Below, one piece after another: positions 60,731 to 64,000 of a DNA stretch of 64,000 nt. The notes under the pieces were generated by a model, which was given only the letters and a program-made list of their open reading frames with translations, ran no database searches and had not been told where the DNA came from. The stretch's first letter is position 1. Every line of letters starts with the position of its first letter. The position numbers and the translations under genes were made by a program. This stretch comes from Candidatus Nomurabacteria bacterium RIFOXYB1_FULL_39_16 (GTDB taxonomy: Bacteria > Patescibacteriota > Minisyncoccia > Phycocordibacterales > UBA9973). The stretch lies in assembly GCA_001787205.1 (NCBI GenBank), contig MFWB01000008.1, forward strand, positions 101,644-165,643, written 5' to 3'.

Positions 60731-61300
60731 TTACTTTACTGGCATTAATTTTTTGATTAGCTCAGAACAATCGAACTTCGACAAGTACGGAGATGCTAAA
60801 GCAGACAAGTATTCTTCTTTATCTTCTTCGTCACATTTTTCCACTAGCTTAGATAAAAAATTGCGTTGTTTTTCTGTAGCTGTCTGTGGTAAATCTTCTG
60901 TATAGGATGCTTGGAAATCTCGACCTTCCGTATCTCTGTCTTCGGTATCTTTTTGATTAGGCATGATCGATAATGCATCAAGAATTTTGGTGGACCTCAC
61001 CATGGCATCTATCAAGCTAGAATTTTTTGCGAATAAAACGGTTCTTTCCACAAATTTATTTAACCTATTCAGGACCGCTGACCCGTAACCAATAGAAAGT
61101 AATTGATTTTCTTTACTAAGAGTAGTCTTGAATGCCACAAAACCAGGAATATTTTTAAATAATTTCATAGTTTCAAAATCTTGTTCTGTTACTATGGTTA
61201 AATTAAAACTTCCTGCATTCTTTGCAATCTCTTCTTGAATCGGATCTATTCTTTCTCTTGTTTTATAAGGAGAAGGAATATTGTTTTTATATGTGTTCAT
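60731..61300 (-). CDS. Hypothetical protein (189 aa)
   Basis: ORF only. No family recognised. Confidence 0.4.
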   Translation of the reverse strand: MNTYKNNIPSPYKTRERIDPIQEEIAKNAGSFNLTIVTEQDFETMKLFKNIPGFVAFKTTLSKENQLLSIGYGSAVLNRLNKFVERTVLFAKNSSLIDAMVRSTKILDALSIMPNQKDTEDRDTEGRDFQASYTEDLPQTATEKQRNFLSKLVEKCDEEDKEEYLSALASPYLSKFDCSELIKKLMPVK

Positions 61301-61309
61301 AATGTTTAA

Positions 61310-61811
61310 TTAGATTTTACTTATAATGATTTTGTCTTTTAAGTATTCGACACTTACCTTACTTGAAATATCAAACTTTGAAATATTTTTAAGATAGAAA
61401 TTAGCCAGCATTAGCTTTGGTGCGGTGGGTCTGATATTTCTTGTTCCATATCTATTTTGGTAAGATATTGTATTTATTTTTTTCATTTTATCTTTTAGCC
61501 AATTCAGTGACCTGGCGATAATGGAAGAGATAAACACTTTTAATACGCTTAACAATTTTTGTTGGATCTTTTTTGTCACGTGTTTCTAATACCACAAAAG
61601 AACGGATAGCTTTTTCACCTTTCTTTGGAATCATCCCGAATTTCATGATCCAGTTTTTTGCTGTGAGTGTTGATCTCAGTGGATCAAAATTTTTTAATTC
61701 TTGCCTACCCCAACGAGAAATAATTTCGCTCTCAACGATCGAGCGAGTTTTTTCGCTTCCCGAAAAATTGCTTATCTCAGGGCCTTCTAATATTTCTTTT
61801 ATTGATTTCAT
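61310..61811 (-). pseudogene. Two overlapping same-strand ORFs (61488..61811 and 61310..61579): possible frameshifted gene or a genuine overlap
   Basis: The track shows a 92-nt overlap in different frames. Neither piece has a recognisable family. Confidence 0.25.
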
Positions 61812-62433
61812 AACGTTAAATATAATTAGTTAATAATCATGACGACCAACATGTGTGAAGCGTTGTAGTTATTTATAATTCGCTTCACTTAAATAGTTTT
61901 TATTTGTTATTATTTATATTTAAATAAGGGGTATGGGGTGGTGGTCTTGAATTGTTGCAGTGAGGTATTCTGGATCCAAGGTGATACATCCATACAGGGT
62001 TCCGCGAGCCTAAAACTAGAAAGGTACACAATTGACCACATTGAGGTTACTGGTACGAGTAACCAATTTCAAGATGTTATTTTAAAAGGGTTATTCGGGA
62101 TCGTGTTTTGCGCAAAGGCACATAGGGGTTGTCTTGAATCAAATCTAATATATAAATTCAATGTGAGTAAAAAATTTCTAATTTTCCACAGCTTTTTTGG
62201 GTTGTATAATTAGCTCAATGAGTGCTATCATATATGTACAATCCTAAACCAGAAATGGCATGGTATATAAGAAATCCCACGCGAGTAAAAACGGCTACAG
62301 AAGTCGCAACTACTCGCGTGGGTCTGTGCATCGAAAGGTGCATAGGATAGTCTCGAAAGAGATTATCGCGATCTTATGTAGCCTTTTTTGCTACCTCTTT
62401 GATTATATTATTAGTTAAAACCCACGCGAAAAT

Positions 62434-63333
62434 ATGAAAAATAAAATAGTTTTAGTGTTCTTGTTTTCTTTGTTAGTTCCTGTAAGTTTTTCTTCTGCAT
62501 ATATTCCACTTCCAAGTTCTACTGATCTTGGTGGTGCATCAAATCCAATTAATATACAAATATTACCTGATCTAAATTCTCAAAAACGTCAAGAAAATTT
62601 ATTGCGTGAATCACAACTGAAAGCTCAATACGGATATTCTGTTTATTCATCATGTAAACCATCAGCTTGTGGTAACTATAATGCAATTGATCCATTTTCC
62701 GAATCATCTTGTTTATCTATGTTAGAAGCGTGGCTGGGTGGTGGTCGCTGTTTAGCACAACGACAAAAATCTAATGAAAACATTCAATGCGTTACTGGGT
62801 ACACAAAAGTTTTAAGTAATGGTTGGTATGTGTGTAGTCCAGTTGTTGCACCTACTGCACCTATAAAAACAAATGATCAAGTTTGTATTGATAAATTTGG
62901 AGCACATATTAAGTGGGACGGTACGAAAGACTCTGAGGGGTTACTCAATTGTGGATGTGAGTCTGGTTATCAAGCAAACAGTGATGGATCTGAGTGTGTT
63001 CTTGTTTCAAATGTTCCAGTAAAAACGAATGATCAAATATGCCAAGATAATTTTGGATTAAAAAGTAACTGGGACGGTACTAAAAATAATGCGGGTGGTT
63101 TAAGTTGTGGCTGTCAAAATGGTTATCAATTTAATCAAGGACAAACTCAATGTATTTCTATTCCTAAAGCAGAGACAAAGACAATAGCTCCTGTAATCAA
63201 AAAAGTTTTAGAAGTAAAAGAGAACACTACTATCAATAAGCCAGATCCTATAGATAAAGTGGTTGTCACCAATACGGAAGAAGTAAAACCTAAAAGCTTT
63301 TGGGCCAAGATTAAGAATTGGTTAGGCTTTTAA
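62434..63333 (+). CDS. Secreted Cys-rich protein with two tandem about 50-aa modules
   Basis: Signal peptide. Repeats VKTNDQ(V/I)C(I/Q)D(K/N)FG ... WDGTK ... L(N/S)CGC(E/Q)(S/N)GYQ(A/F)N ... (E/Q)C. C-terminal Lys/Thr-rich tail. Confidence 0.6.
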   Translation: MKNKIVLVFLFSLLVPVSFSSAYIPLPSSTDLGGASNPINIQILPDLNSQKRQENLLRESQLKAQYGYSVYSSCKPSACGNYNAIDPFSESSCLSMLEAWLGGGRCLAQRQKSNENIQCVTGYTKVLSNGWYVCSPVVAPTAPIKTNDQVCIDKFGAHIKWDGTKDSEGLLNCGCESGYQANSDGSECVLVSNVPVKTNDQICQDNFGLKSNWDGTKNNAGGLSCGCQNGYQFNQGQTQCISIPKAETKTIAPVIKKVLEVKENTTINKPDPIDKVVVTNTEEVKPKSFWAKIKNWLGF

Positions 63334-63514
63334 ATATATGAAAACAACAACGATAATCATAACCTTACTTATTATTTTAGTTATCTATTTAGGATTACGT
63401 ACACCAAAATATGTTAGTCCAGAAGAAAAAGCTACTTGTTTAAAAGAAACTGGAAATATATATTGTAATGGACCTATGGGAGATTAAGAGTAAATAATAT
63501 GATAAAATATAATA

Positions 63515-64000
63515 AATGAAAAAACTTTTTAACAAAATAAACAACTTATGGTTAAGCTTTAGGAAATGGAGTGACGTTAATATCTTTGGCTACCTAATTG
63601 GTGCCATAGTAAAACTTATATTAATAATTGCATTTGCAGTATTGTTATATTTAGCCTTTGAATCAATTTGGCCTAATAATGAAAAATCTTCTTTGAGCGA
63701 TTCTAGTAACGAACAAAATGATTGTAATGTTATAGGTATAAACCTCCATGGTGAACTCAAAACTTACTTACCTAATCATGCAGAAAATGATTCGTTTTTC
63801 AATTATGATTCTGTTTCTAGTGAAGATATAACAGGTAAGATTAAATTAGCCAATGAAGATTCAAACATAAAAGCTATTATTGTAGAAGTCGATAGTTTTG
63901 GTGGATCCATTGTTGGTGGAGAGGAAATTGATAATGCGGTAAAGAATAGTGACAAACCCGTAATAGCTCTTATACGAGATATAGGTGCCTCAGCATCACT
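63515..64000 (+). CDS. sppA: Signal peptide peptidase SppA (S49 family), 5' partial; continues beyond the window
   Basis: N-terminal TM, then IAVIEVDSFGGSIVGGEEI ... KPVIALI matches the ClpP/crotonase-fold S49 pattern. No stop before 64000. Confidence 0.7.

Noticed and set aside
63338-63487. About 49-aa ORF (MKTTTIIITLLIIL ...) after the Cys-rich protein
   Set aside because: It is plausibly a small membrane peptide. It is below the size where the sequence alone supports a call, and the coordinates are uncertain by 1 nt.

Overview
This 64 kb window is a chromosomal segment from a visibly AT-rich, reduced-genome bacterium, dense with housekeeping genes. Short versions of core enzymes, two type IV pilin paralogs and several unusual gene fusions suggest a CPR/Patescibacteria-like lineage; that is inference from protein architectures only.

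Core content, with coding on both strands:
- pheS-pheT, gyrB, thrS with a T-box-like leader, rpmF, a NusB-Nudix fusion, rnc, and a short SMC/Rad50-like ATPase carrying a CPLC zinc hook.
- A fused D,D-carboxypeptidase-CapA protein, rnr, rpsP, a KH protein, trmD, rpoB-rpoC, dnaG-rpoD, a DsbA-like protein and a processive GT2 glycosyltransferase.
- tsf-rpsB, a 1051-aa surface protein, proS, mreB-mreC, tgt, a fold-III decarboxylase, RNase P RNA, tRNA-Thr(UGU) and tRNA-Ala(UGC).

Accessory features:
1. Three short GC-rich micro-islands (about 2830-3145, 18010-19065, 44870-45135). Each carries tiny ORFs, mostly with strong AGGAGG ribosome-binding sites, and ends in an intrinsic terminator. One sits in the rpsP-trmD operon where rimM normally is.
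2. A Cas2-like small gene bracketed by two near-identical 28-30 bp palindromes.
3. A REP/RAYT arrangement: an IS200-like HUH tyrosine transposase flanked by inverted copies of a 21-bp palindromic REP-like element, with a third copy next to a G10 tract upstream of the surface-protein gene.
4. An island of about 12 kb (about 49.6-62.4 kb) whose core is a tightly overlapping five-gene minus-strand operon: a Z1-like SF2 ATPase, a DEAH helicase, an amino-methyltransferase (DPPY), a C5-cytosine methyltransferase, and a protein with a DUF3883-type PD-(D/E)xK nuclease domain. I read this as an unclassified multi-component restriction-modification/defence system and the best candidate for a novel system in the window.
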